Source: Octopus sinensis (Eukaryota). Taken from it: a stretch of DNA of 64,000 bases. The notes under the pieces were generated by a model, which did no database searches, was not told the origin of the DNA, and worked only from the letters and a program-made list of their open reading frames with translations. Where the stretch lies: positions 62,001-126,000 of the forward strand of contig NC_043024.1 in NCBI RefSeq assembly GCF_006345805.1. The letters run 5' to 3'. Shown piece by piece: positions 37,901 through 50,920 of this stretch; position 1 is the stretch's first letter; every line of letters begins with the position of its first letter. The position numbers were made by a program, and so were the translations under genes.

Positions 37901-38931
37901 AAAACTGTTCTCAGTATTTAAGGAAGCTGACAAATACAAACAAGAAATCATACCACCTAATAAACATGAAGAAGAAGAAGAAGATGAAGAAACAACAAAA
38001 GCTATAAAACAAATGAAATTCAAACTAAAAACAGAACAGCAACGAACCATGATAAAACGATGGCAAGAAAAGCCCCTTCATGGTAAATACTGCACTAAAC
38101 TAAACGCAAAAGAAATAGACAAAGAAAAATCCCAGCAATGGTTGAGAAGCTCAGGACTCAAAGCAGAAACAGAGGGATTTTTAATTGCAGCACAAGACCA
38201 AAGCCTCCCCACCAGAAATTACCAAAAACATGTAATGAAAAGAAATATTACAAGTAGCTGCAGAATATGTGGAGATGGACAAGAAACAATAAATCATATT
38301 ATCTCTAGCTGCCCAGTACTGGCTAAGAAGGAATATATTCACAGACATGACAGAGTTGGAACCTACATACATTGGAAGCTATGCCAACATTATGGAATAA
38401 CAACAGAAAAAAGATGGTATAGGCACACACCAGAAAAGGTCACAGAAAACGAGAAAGCAACCATACTCTGGGATATGCCGATACACACAGATAGAGAAAT
38501 TAAGGCCAACAGACCAGATATAGTTGTCAGAGATCATGAAGAAAAAAAATGCTTTTTAATTGGTGTATCAATACCGGCAGATGACAACGTGTCTCTAAAA
38601 GAAATGGAGAAACTCTCAAAATACAAAGACCTGGAAATAGAGGTAACTAGAATGTGGAATCTGAAAACAGAAACAATTCCTATCATAGTAGGTGCATTAG
38701 GCATGATAAAAAAATATTCAGACAAATACATAACAAAAACACCAGGGCTTACAAACACATATAACATACAGAAAATTGTACTACTAGGCACTGCACACAT
38801 CCTACGCAGAACACTTTCCATACAATAACCATCAGAGCATCACAACAAATCACAGCACATACCCAAGGCACACAGAGCTGCGCTCGGTAGTGAAGTGAAA
38901 GCACGCTATAAAAATAAAAATAAAACTACTG
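34961..38931 (+). mobile_element. Full-length R4/Dong-clade non-LTR retrotransposon inserted in (TAA)n
   Basis: One reading frame encoding RT plus an RLE endonuclease, short UTRs and (TAA)n at both junctions. Dong elements are known to target TAA repeats. Confidence 0.92.
35187..38828 (+). pseudogene. RT-RLE polyprotein of about 1210 codons with three in-frame stops
   Basis: Track ORFs 35187, 36204, 36420 and 36897 share one frame, with stops at 36123, 36390 and 36801. Motifs: WKAPG, GIFQGDTLSPLLF, YMDD (37269-37280), CRICGDGQETINHIISSC, RPDIVV and KLSKYKDL. Confidence 0.92.
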
Positions 38932-38962
38932 AATAATAATAATAATAATAATAATGATGATG

Positions 38963-38999
<37 letters not shown>

Positions 39000-39082
39000 T
39001 GATGATAATAATGATAATAATTATAATAATGATGATAATAATAATAATAATAATGATGATAATAATAATAATAATAATAATG

Positions 39083-39116
<34 letters not shown>

Positions 39117-39172
39117 TAATAATAATAATGATGATGATGATGATGATGATGATGATAATAATAATAATAATA

Positions 39173-39216
<44 letters not shown>

Positions 39217-39232
39217 TAATAATAATATTATA
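38932..39232. repeat. (TAA)n/(TGA)n array, 3' flank of the Dong element
   Basis: Directly visible. Confidence 0.95.
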
Positions 39233-39764
39233 ACTGCTGTTGCTGTTTGATTATAGTTGTTAATTACAATATGTAGAAAAACTGACAGTAAACCTATAAA
39301 CGCCAAGGAATCCGTAAGGTGTCTTAGATTAACACGAGGACATACGACATAAGACATGTGACAAATTCCATTATCGTCACAATTATCCGACAGTCATTTA
39401 AATAGCGCCATGCTCCGAATTGATCACATCAGCCATTTGAATCTGTTGCTCGGTTTCTTTCTTTTCTCTTTGGCTGTCATTGCATCAACATCATCTGCTG
39501 TTATTTTGATTATCTGTAAATGCGATAGCGGTAATGGCTGAAAGTTTCTGGATTGTTCGTGTCATGATTGGCCGGAGAACAAGGCCATCAAGCTGAAAGG
39601 GAAAGCCATATAACTGGATGAAATTGTTTGGGACATGAATGGAAGTGTGGCTGCGAGGTCAATATGTCCGTTTCGAAATAGTGCGACGCTGCTTTTCGTT
39701 CGATCCTGTCTGAAAAGCAATGCGCATGTTTTTATAATTTAATATATAACCTCCGGGATAAGAA

Positions 39765-40105
39765 GCTGAGCTGGCAGAATCGTGACCTCAGCAGCATTTC
39801 GGCAGTCTTTACATTCTGAGTTCAAATGCCACCGAGGTTAACTTTGCTTTTTGTTCTTTTGTATTTGATAAAATAAGTACCAGTTGAGTACTAGGGTCGA
39901 TTTAGTCAACTTAGCCCCTCTCCTGTAATCGATTTCCTGTGCCAAAATTTGAAACCAATATATAACCTACGGTATAATGCGGCATTTAAGTTCAAATGCT
40001 GCCTTTTATCCTTTCGGGTTCGATAAATGAAATACCCGTTGAAAACAGGGGTAGACATAATCGATTTACACCCTACTCAAAATTGCTGGCCTTGTGCCAA
40101 AATCT
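39765..40105 (+). mobile_element. Two tandem Meta-like SINE copies (tail A)
   Basis: gagctggcagaatcg...gagttcaaatgcc, and ttgtgccaaaat tails twice. Confidence 0.75.
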
Positions 40106-41357
40106 TAAATAAATATATAGCCTATGGTCAAACAAACATTTTCTGACGAAAGTGTAGAAGAAAAGTTCAAAGTGTGTGTGTGTGTGTGTGTGTATGTGCA
40201 TATGTGTGTGTGTGTGTATGTGCATGTGTGTATGTACCTGTATGAGTGTGTACCTTGATCCTTGCAATTATGCTCAAAACATACATGCATATATATGATG
40301 TAGGGTGATTGCTTCTTCTTTAAAAAATGTATATACGTCCGTCTAAAAGAGAAGTACAACGTAGATCAAATTAAAAGATACATACATACATACAAACACA
40401 CACACACACACACACATAAATATACTTGTATACATACATACATACATACATACATACATACATACATACATACATACATACATACATACATGCATTATGA
40501 AAATGTGCCACAGGGGACAAAACACGAATTCGCTGTAAAATATAAAAGACACGGACAACGATGGCAGACGAGAAATTTCTCAACCATATATCAGCACAAT
40601 TTCGACACCATCGTGTGTATGTGTATATAACTAAGTTTGTAAATAACGGCGTAAAATCAGTACAAATTTCCTGTCGTATTTGTTCCTTGAGGGGGAATAG
40701 ATTATTAAAAAATAAAAGAACGTCTCTGAAGGTAAAAATTCACTCAACCGAGAAACCTATTACTAGACTAAACACTGGAAATTGATATAAAAAAATTCTA
40801 AACATCCTCTTGAAAGTCACGATCCCTCGCATGAACGCCTCGACTCGACAAAAACCTCTAAATCACAGCAAAAGATTAGACACTTCAAATACACTTTCGT
40901 TTTGTATTCGCAAGTAAACATAATCATTTGGCCCTAACAGATTTATAGGATTCACATTTTGGTTCCTCTGTCACTTCTATTATCTTCAAGTCAAATAATA
41001 ATTCTGTAATATCAAAGAGAAGAACCACATCAAAAGTGTTCTATATATAGATGGCCATTAACTAAGTTATGTGTTATTTATCGGATGTGCTTAGCGGATC
41101 AGTGCGTTGGTCATTTTCGCTGTTCATTTCTTCATTCCTTTTTTTTTTTTTTTTTTGGCTTTGGTTTTTGCCTTTTTTCAGTCATCTAAAAATGTTTATT
41201 TGCTGAAGTGCAATGTTTAATGTTGTAACTTACATAATGTTATAATGAAGTGTATATATATACATATATATATATATATCAAATACATATATATTACATA
41301 TAGAATGTGTATATGAATTTATACATCTACGTATAAATATACGTCTGAATGAATTCT

Positions 41358-41405
<48 letters not shown>

Positions 41406-41522
41406 TATATATTATATATATATATGAATATACATGTATATAGATGTATATATATAAAAGTATGTATGAATGCATATTATATTTATGTATTTGCATACGA
41501 ATGTATATATATATATATTATA

Positions 41523-41605
<83 letters not shown>

Positions 41606-41661
41606 TATATATATATTATATATATATATATACATACATATATACATACATACATACTACA

Positions 41662-41695
<34 letters not shown>

Positions 41696-41729
41696 CATAC
41701 ATACATACATACATATATATAAAATTAAA

Positions 41730-42041
41730 GACTCCGCCGGTTACGACGACGAGGGTCCCAGCTGATACGATCAACGGAACAGCCTGCTCGTGAAATTAAC
41801 GTGCAAATGGCTGAGCATTCCACAGACACGTGTACCCTTAACGTAGTTCTCGGGGATAATCAGCGTGACACAGAGAGTGACATGGCTGACCCTTTGAAAT
41901 ACAAGTACAACTCATTTTTGCCAGCTGAGTGGACTGGAGCAACGTGAAATAAAGTGTCTTGCTCAAGGACACAACGCGTCGCCGGGAATCGAACTCACAA
42001 CCTTACGATCATGAGCCGAATGCCCTAACCACTAAGCCACG
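41730..42041 (-). mobile_element. tRNA-derived SINE with a V/CORE-like central domain
   Basis: Minus strand reads cgtggcttagtggttagggcattcgg...gagttcgattccc...tgtgtccttgagcaagacacttt. A fragment of its tail also occurs at 61965-62050. Confidence 0.8.
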
Positions 42042-42335
42042 GGAGGCGAAATGGCCCAGTGGCTAGGGCAGCGGACTTGCGGTCGTAGGATCATGGTTTC
42101 GATTCCCAGACTGTTTAATGAGCGAAAACACCTAAAGCTCCACGAGTCTCCGGCAGGGGGTGGTGGCGATCCTTGCTGTACTCTTTCGTCACAGCTTTCT
42201 CTCTTTCTTCTGTTGGCCTGCTCGCTTAGCCAGCGGGGTGGCCTCATGTGAAGGCTTAAACAATGCGAAGCGCATTGTGACCAGCGATGTGTAGCAACAT
42301 CTGATAGCCTGGTCGGTCAAGGTGATCACAGTGAT
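42042..42335 (+). mobile_element. tRNA-derived SINE, head-to-head with the previous copy
   Basis: ggaggcgaaatggcccagtggctagggcagcggac...gtttcgattccc; body shared with 26606-27007. Confidence 0.8.
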
Positions 42336-42337
42336 AT

Positions 42338-42405
<68 letters not shown>

Positions 42406-42582
42406 AAAGGGCTTAGTAAAATAAATTACTTTGCCACATACTGAACTCATTAGAAATAGCAGCTAAAAAATTTTTTTTAAACTATTTCTAATACTTAAAG
42501 AAAATCTCTCTCAGATAGTGTTTGCTCAAGTCAACTCACGAAGGTATGGGGGTAAAAACATTAAAAAATCACAAATGCAAAG

Positions 42583-42644
42583 GTTATTTGAGAACGTACG
42601 TTTCTAGATTAGTCAAATCGACATTTCTTTCGTCAGCTCAGAAC
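42583..42644 (-). ncRNA. Type I HHR, copy 1
   Basis: gttctgag / CUGACGA (42636-42630) / stem II AGA..GUC-GAUUU-GAC..UCU / GAAA (42604-42601) / ACGUACGU / U17 (42593) / cucaaauaac. The stem II base is an A-A mismatch. Confidence 0.65.
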
Positions 42645-43142
42645 TCCTTGATTCGGATTTGGGAACACTGAAAGTGGGAGCATACCCTTTTGGCTTCTTA
42701 TCGCTTCTGGAAATCTGCTCGAACTAACAGTGCTAACAAATTCAAAATATGCAAGCGAAGAATTTCTGCTCTCCCCTTTCCACCAGCGTGGGTTAAAATT
42801 GGCAAACATTATGTTTTATCGGTGAAAACCGAAGCATTAAACAGAGAGAAATGAATTATAATTTCAACAATTGAGGGTGAAATTAATTAATTATTAATCA
42901 ATTTCACCAAGTATTCAGTATGTAAAGGGACCATTTAAGGCGAATTCAAAATATTACATTATATAAAAGGGCTTAGTAAAATAAATTACTTTGCCACATA
43001 CTGAACTCATTAGAAATAGCAGCTAAAAAATTTTTTTTAAACTATTTCTAATACTTAAAGAAAATCTCTCTCAGACAGTGTTTGCTCAAGTCAACTCACG
43101 AAGGTATGGGGGTAAAAACATTAAAAAATCACAAATGCAAAG

Positions 43143-43204
43143 GTTATTTGAGAACGTACGTTTCTAGATTAGTCAAATCGACATTTCTTTCGTCAGCTCA
43201 GAAC
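43143..43204 (-). ncRNA. Type I HHR, copy 2
   Basis: Identical to 42583-42644, offset by 560 bp. Confidence 0.65.
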
Positions 43205-43277
43205 TCCTTGATTCGGATTTGGGAACACTGAAAGTGGGAGCATACCCTTTCGGCTTCTTATCGCTTCTGGAAATCTA

Positions 43278-43392
<115 letters not shown>

Positions 43393-43774
43393 GTACATAT
43401 ATAAATATGTATACATATATAATGTACAGACTGGCTCGCTTCACACATGCATATACACATACCTAGAAACGCCCACACATTCATACCAGCACACACATGC
43501 ATGTATTTTATTAAGTGCAAGTACCGCTAAGAAACATGACGGTAACTGAGTAACTAGCAGTGCCATCATGCGGCAGGGATCGTCAGACTGTGAAATTTTG
43601 AGAAATAAATATTGTAAGTATCAGAAATGAATTTCTCCCTCAGAGAGGAGAAATTTTTATGATATGACTGTGATTATTTTCTTTCGGGCATGGGTGGGGT
43701 GTCGATTTTATTATTTGTTTCTGGTGTTTCTGTGAAATTCATGCAGGTGTAAGTAGCTGTGAGAATGTATGTGT

Positions 43775-44240
43775 GTGTATACGATCTTTTGACTTTTACT
43801 ACTTTCATTCGTTGGACTGTGGCCAGGCTGGAGTACTGTCTTGAAGGGTTTTATTCGGAACAAATCAACACTGTGTCCAGCATTTATTTTAAAGTATGGT
43901 AGTTGTTCTGTTCTTCTGTCGGTCTCTTTTACTGCCGGACCATTAATTTTTCCTGATCATAAATAAACCAACACCGGTTGTCAAGAGTTGAAGGAACAAA
44001 TAAAAATGACACACGCACACACATATTCATATATATATATATACACATATATAATACTTTTCACACTTATATATATGTATGTGTGTACGTACATGACGGG
44101 CATCTGTACAATTTCTACCTATCAAATTCATTCACAAAGCACTTCTTGATCCAAATCTATATAGTAGAAGACACTTGCCCAAGGAACCACGCAGAGGAAC
44201 TGGACGCGAAACCACGTAGTTGCAAAGCGAACTTTAAAAG
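43775..44240 (-). mobile_element. Degenerate CORE-type SINE
   Basis: Tail-like ttgacttttac...gctggagtactgtc and core-like atagtagaagacacttgcccaagg. Confidence 0.65.
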
Positions 44241-44821
44241 ATTAGTATAAAGAAGGTTTCTCTTTTGTTTTTCTTGTTGGCAAATGAAAAATAAAGCGAG
44301 ATAAGTTTAATTTGCCAGTCAATGTCTGGATATGTAGTAAGCATTGACAATCAAATGAAAGGGCGAAGAGAAAATATTAGACTTCTGTATTGATTATTGG
44401 ATTTTAAGGGGCATAATGTTTTTGTTTTTATTTCTGCAAACAGTCTTAGTCAGACATCAGATAAAAGATTTTTAAATATATAGAGTGGCGCAGTGACTTG
44501 TTAACGAGTACAGAATTTGAAAGTAGATAAATTTGTTTTGGACGCAATGGAGGTCAAGGAGTAGAGTAAAGTCGGATCTGAGTGGTATACGTTGAGTTTG
44601 GACAGGACGGATGGAGAGTCGTTTGGACAAGACGGAGGGAGAGTCGTTTGGGAAGAATGTTTGTTACTTTCCAAGTTGTGTAAAAGTTTGTATAATAGGG
44701 AGCGTGTGTGGAATGCAGTAGACAGAACAGTATTCACTATTAGCACTAAAAACCTACCCACATTCTTATAAACAACTTCGTTCTTTTTCTCCATCTCTCT
44801 CTCTCTCCCTCTCTCTCTCCC

Positions 44822-44852
<31 letters not shown>

Positions 44853-44936
44853 TACACACACACACACATACTTACATAGAACTCCTTTCATAGACACTTT
44901 ATCTGCTAAGCACAATATATACATCAACATATTCTC

Positions 44937-45034
<98 letters not shown>

Positions 45035-45629
45035 ATACATATATTCTCATACATATGCATTGTCGTACACGCGAAACCTTTCCGATATATTCACACGCAT
45101 ACACTCACACATATATACATATGTGTGTGTGTGTGTGTGTGTGTGTGTATGACCACCGTTTGTTTAAAGCTAAAAGTATTTCGAATAAACTGAAAATCGC
45201 TAAAGAAAAAACATTTGAACGACAGATTAGCGCAAGTAAGAACAGGAACATTAATATTGATGATAATGACGACGGTGACGATGCTTACGATTATGATGAT
45301 AGTGATGTTGATTGTGAGAATGCTTATGATGATGATGATCATCATGATCATGATGTTAGTGATGGTGATGACGATTGAGTAGAAGGAATTGAAATGTAGA
45401 TATGCAAATATATGCAACGGTTGCAAATGTCCGGGGATCAGATTCGATAGGTGAATGCATGTGGAGGTGTTGAAAGCTCATGGAGTTGTACCCATGGTGG
45501 TGATGGTGGTGGTTTGTGATAGGAAACTGAAAAGAAGTATATCAGATGGTTTCATTGTTTTGTTTTTTGTTAGCGCTTACATTTCGGTAGAAGAGGAAAT
45601 ATACTTATTAAAAAGGAAAACAATACAGG

Positions 45630-45790
45630 ATACTTGACGAATATAGTAATTAGTTCAGATGTAAAAAGTAAGAGTAAACGTTTCGAACGATAGTCTTTCA
45701 TCATAAAGAAAGAAAAGGAGACAGAAACAAAAAGAAAGGAAGCGAGTAAGAAACTTAGTGGTGGTTTAAAAGGAAGACATACATTAAATG
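45630..45790 (-). mobile_element. Degenerate PLE-type repeat with an HHR relic
   Basis: Minus strand reads aTGATGA-aagactatcgttc-GAAA-CGT-T, resembling the motif at position 1. Confidence 0.35.
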
Positions 45791-45881
45791 AATGAGTGTA
45801 TGTGAATATGTGTGCATGTGTGAGTGTATGCGTGTGAATATATCGGAAAGGTTTCGCGTGTACGACAATGCATATGTATGA

Positions 45882-45923
<42 letters not shown>

Positions 45924-46392
45924 ATATATATATATTATGTAAAATTATTTTAAGACAAGAGTGAAAGAAAGCTAAACTTCCTTGTCAAATTTTAACATGC
46001 TTCTGCCCGGCGGCAAATTCAAATATACGTATATAAAAAAAGAGGAAGATAGAAACGACTATTTCCTTGCATATTGAAAAAAATAGATGCTTTAATGAAA
46101 CATCTATAATTCACCATGATACGAAGAAAGCTGTCAACGGGCGAGACAAACACAATAATTTTTTTTAAATTACTGTGAGTTAATAGTGTGCTATAGTTTC
46201 GGGTGTAACTTACAAATTAAATTAATTAATTTTAAAAAAGTTAATTTGATTTAAATTTGTCAAGTTTTAAGAAAACTATGAATAATATTTCGTCCCCAGC
46301 CATTCGAATTTCAGGGTATAACATTATACTAAAGCTAAACATCTTTATCAAGTTTCAACATACTTCTGCCTGGCGGCAAATTCAAGTATCCG

Positions 46393-46473
<81 letters not shown>

Positions 46474-46700
46474 ATACATATACGTGTATATATATATATG
46501 TGTGTGTGTGTGTATATATATATGTATATAATGTGGAGGGGTAGTGTCTCACTATTTCCATTTTTAAACCTCTGTAACTTTCTTCACCAAATTTTTCTCC
46601 ACAACATCATACCTTCAAAGTAATGACACGGGAAGGCTACATTATTATAACCGATTTTCAGATTTTTTACTGTCTTTTAAAAAATGCGTATATATATGTA

Positions 46701-46734
<34 letters not shown>

Positions 46735-46755
46735 CATATATAGATAGATAGATAT

Positions 46756-46816
<61 letters not shown>

Positions 46817-46828
46817 AGATAGATGATG

Positions 46829-46870
<42 letters not shown>

Positions 46871-46884
46871 AGATAGATAGATAG

Positions 46885-46933
<49 letters not shown>

Positions 46934-46934
46934 G

Positions 46935-47075
46935 ACGGGATTCTTTCAGTTTCCCCCTACCAAATCTTGATCGGCTCGAGGGTATAGTAGAAGATACTTG
47001 CACAAGATGCCACGCCAGTGGGACTGCATCTGGAATCATGTGGTTAGGGAGGACGTTTCTTACTACACAATTACT
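46935..47075 (-). mobile_element. CORE-type SINE head/core
   Basis: ttctttcagtttc...atagtagaagatacttg...gccacgccagtgggactg. Confidence 0.7.
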
Positions 47076-47616
47076 CCTACTCCTAAATATGTATGTGTGA
47101 GTGTGCATGTATGCATGCATGTATGTATGCATGTATGTATGTATGTATGTATGTATGTATGTATGTATGTATGTACGTATGTACGTGCGTATGTATGTAT
47201 GTATGTATTAGCTATGTTCTCGTTACTCAAACGCTGAAAGCAAGCAACCATCAGCGATCTTTCAAGCAATGGCTGAGCTTACTAAATCTACGAATGCTGT
47301 TTCTTACGAAGCCCTTCGCTGACAGTTCCTTGTCTTTCTTCTTGCTGTCACTTCATATCTATACGCAAACGTGTCTAGATAGAAATACATGTCTGAATCT
47401 ATACATGCACAAGCATTTATGCATTGATAAAACATGTTTCTATACATAAGCGCATAAGTGTGATTGCTGTGTAGGCTAACAGATGATCAGTACATTCGTA
47501 GCTAGCACGTATACATGCTTTATCTTCCACATGCATCTGCTGTCTTTCTCTGTATCATAGATTCTACCATATATATGCATGTGTGTGTGAGTGAGTGTAT
47601 ATGTATATATACACAA

Positions 47617-47649
<33 letters not shown>

Positions 47650-48207
47650 TGTATGTACGTATGTATGTACGTATGTGTATATATGCATAACATGTATGTA
47701 TTATATACTGTTTATGCATATATACATATATATACATATATACATATGGATAGGGAAATATGAAGATAATTTTTTATGCATATGTATGTACATATGTATA
47801 TACATACAACTCCCCTCTCTCCTCTCTCTCTCTTATTTCTCTCTGTCTCCCCCCTCTCTCTCTCTCTCTCTCTCTCTTTGTACATATATATATACACAGA
47901 TAGACAGATAGATAGATACATAGATACATAAATAGATAGATAGATATAGATATATATATATAAACATATGCATACACATCTACATAACATCTGTGTATAA
48001 ATAAATATTTATATACATATGTATATTCTTATATATTTTTGCCTGTATATATATAGATATATATATACATATGTATATTTTAATCTACGTGTATAATGTA
48101 TAATATGAGCTCACACACATTCATATACAAACTCACATACACATTCATACATACGCGCACACATACACATATACACACAGACATATATAATATAGAATGT
48201 AATATGT

Positions 48208-48275
<68 letters not shown>

Positions 48276-48681
48276 CATGTATGTATGTATGTATGTATGT
48301 ATGTATGTATGTATGTATGTTGTATTATGTATGTATGTATGTATGAATGTATATATATATATAATTGAAACTTACATGCACGTAGATATCTGCATCACTA
48401 GTTCTGAAGTAATTCAAGTGAATAACATCGTCTTATCTTCGAAAGACTTTTCTTTCTTTCGTTTCCAGAACATTTCTGCATCATTTCACTAATTAATTTA
48501 ATCCATGTGACAATTCAATTGTTTATAAACCCACGCAGTTTCGTCTTTTGAAGCCCCACGAATTTGTGTGCATTTTTAATTTATTTTCAACTCTGCTAGT
48601 TATGTATCTGTGGGATAACACCATAACATATCTTGTAACCCGATTTCCTATGCGCCAAAGCGAAGAGTTAATTAACCCGAC

Positions 48682-49128
48682 TTAGTTAGTTAATTTTTTG
48701 GCTCAAAAAGCAAAAAGCAAAACCATGTAGGGGGACATGGAGTTATGTACAGGGTGGTGTTCATGTAAAGAGTTCAGGCCACTTGTGATTAAGGGAGACT
48801 TTGAACCGAGCGGTCGTCAGCATCTTCACTATCTCGTCCGGCAGCTTGTTCCACGGATCCGCAACCCGGACGGAGAAAGCCCCTCTCCTTCGATTGAGAT
48901 GAAATCGTCGCAGATAGAGCTTTTCGGAGTGACCCCACAGCCGACGCTCTGGAGCAGGAGTGAAGAACAGCTCTTTCGAGAGGTTGGTGCCTTCCTCTCA
49001 GGTCGCTCCTTCCAAGTCCAAGTTAATGGTTCGCTGTCCGACGTCTCCAGTGCGAGCAGTGGCGTGCCTCAAGGTTCAGTGCTTGGGCCCTTATTGTTCT
49101 TAGTCTTCATAAATGACTTGCCCGACTT
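48682..49128. mobile_element. CR1-group LINE: 3' end on minus (48682-48989) fused to an inverted RT piece on plus (48982-49128)
   Basis: Minus reads LWGHSEKL...FSVRVADPWNKLPDEIV...FK with an (AACT)n-like tail. Plus reads AFLSGRSFQVQVNG...SGVPQGSVLGPLLFLVFINDLPD. Confidence 0.85.
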
Positions 49129-49319
49129 AGAGTCTGACTAAACGACGGTTTGGCGCATGCGTGCATGTATTTATCCATCCACCCGCCCATCTTCCTGCCC
49201 ACATTTCTTGGGCTGGTCATGAGATTAGAGTCCTCAGGAACCTCCTTAATAGGGGCCTATCAGAAGTTAATACCTTTCCTCTTTCCTCCTGCATTCCGAA
49301 ACATGTACCAAATGAGACT

Positions 49320-49535
49320 ATTTGTAGCATTCTTTTATCCTTTACTTGTTTCAGTCATTAGACTGCAGCCATTCTGCGACACCGCCTTTAAGAATTTTAG
49401 TCGAACGAATCGATCCCTGTACTTAGTAATTTGGGAAAGCCTGGTATTTATTCTATCGGTCCCAAAATGACAAACGGGTATGTTACGGGCACGTGGACAT
49501 ATCAAGATCGGTTGTCAGTCGGTGGTGGGGGACAA
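49320..49535 (-). mobile_element. CORE-type SINE tail
   Basis: cttttatcctttacttgtttcagtcatt...caccgccttt...ttattctatcggtc. Confidence 0.7.
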
Positions 49536-49539
49536 AGAT

Positions 49540-49556
49540 GCACACACACACACTCG

Positions 49557-49607
<51 letters not shown>

Positions 49608-49723
49608 TCGCACACACACACGCAATCGCACATACACACACTCACACACACACACACACACGCACACACACACACACACGCGCGCACACACAACACACAC
49701 ACACACTCGCACACACACACACG

Positions 49724-49760
<37 letters not shown>

Positions 49761-49885
49761 TCGCACACGCACACACTCGCACGCACACACACTCGCGCAC
49801 AGACACGCAATCGCACATACACACACTCACACACACACACACGCACACACACGCACACACACACACACACGCGCGCACACACACG

Positions 49886-49916
<31 letters not shown>

Positions 49917-49917
49917 G

Positions 49918-49952
<35 letters not shown>

Positions 49953-50025
49953 TCGCACACACGCACACACTCGCACGCACACACACACTCGCACACACAC
50001 ACACAGGCACACACACACACACACA
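49540..50025. repeat. (CA)n/CG compound microsatellite with an internal duplication
   Basis: Directly visible; cacgcaatcgcacatacacacactcac occurs twice. Confidence 0.95.
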
Positions 50026-50920
50026 TATATTTATACAGAAATATCTCATAATCCACATTTTGGTTGCATCTTGGAACTCCAAGTCCTTCACTTTCTCTTT
50101 TGTTGATGAGTTATTTAGTAGCAATCTCCCATTCTTGGATTGCAAATGCAAAGCCTTTGAAGTGTGATGTAATTTGGCGGTCATAAGTCCAAGAGGGACT
50201 TCGCTTCATGTCAATGTTTCTATCTTCATCAATTCTTCGAGAAATATATCGAAGCTGAACGTTTCAGCTCCAGGTCTTATTTGAAGTATGCTAGCCCGGT
50301 TGATTTGGGGTTGTATGGGAGATCATCAGAAGGATATTGTTTGTATGTATGTATTCATGTATGTATTTATGTGTGTGCATGTGCGTATGTCTGCTGTATA
50401 TACGTATGTATGTATATATGCATGTTTGTATGTCATTATTCGATTTTATTTCAAGATTTCTTGCCAATGCACAAGGAGAAGGTTTCTAACTAAGATCCAA
50501 GGCTCCTTCATTGGAATCTCAACAACATCAACCGGATATTTTTGCACGTATTTGTGCACGTATGTGCAGTATTCTAAGTCAGTGCATGTGCAGATTTGCA
50601 GATTTTGTTTTATGTGCGTCTTCTCATACGTATAGTTGTCTCTTTAGACGTGTGTTAAATGATAAACTTCTCGAAAGTTTTATATAATTTAAAGATCTAG
50701 TGATGGCTTGGATCTATAGTCGTCGAATTAGCTTTCGCCTTTCCTGGTTTGAGAAGCATAATTTCTCTAGATTGGTATTTAGGCAGTGTGGTACACATCC
50801 CAGTGTATGTATGTATTTATGTATCCATGTATATATGTATGCATATATGTATGTATGTATGTATGTGTGTATGTATGTATGTATGTATGTATGCATGCAT
50901 GCATGCATGTATGTATGTAC

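Larger units (their letters stand above)
42399..43276 (-). mobile_element. 560-bp-period direct tandem (about 1.6 units) between (TA)n tracts, with one HHR per repeat
   Basis: 42399-42716 and 42959-43276 are near-identical (two substitutions seen), separated by a 242-bp unique spacer. Confidence 0.9.

Noticed and set aside
39400-39715. Candidate minus-strand exon after a good acceptor (ttgcttttcag)
   Set aside because: All three frames close within about 50 codons and there is no recognisable protein.
50245-50295. HHR relic on minus (agct-GAAA-CGTT)
   Set aside because: No acceptable core or stem I.
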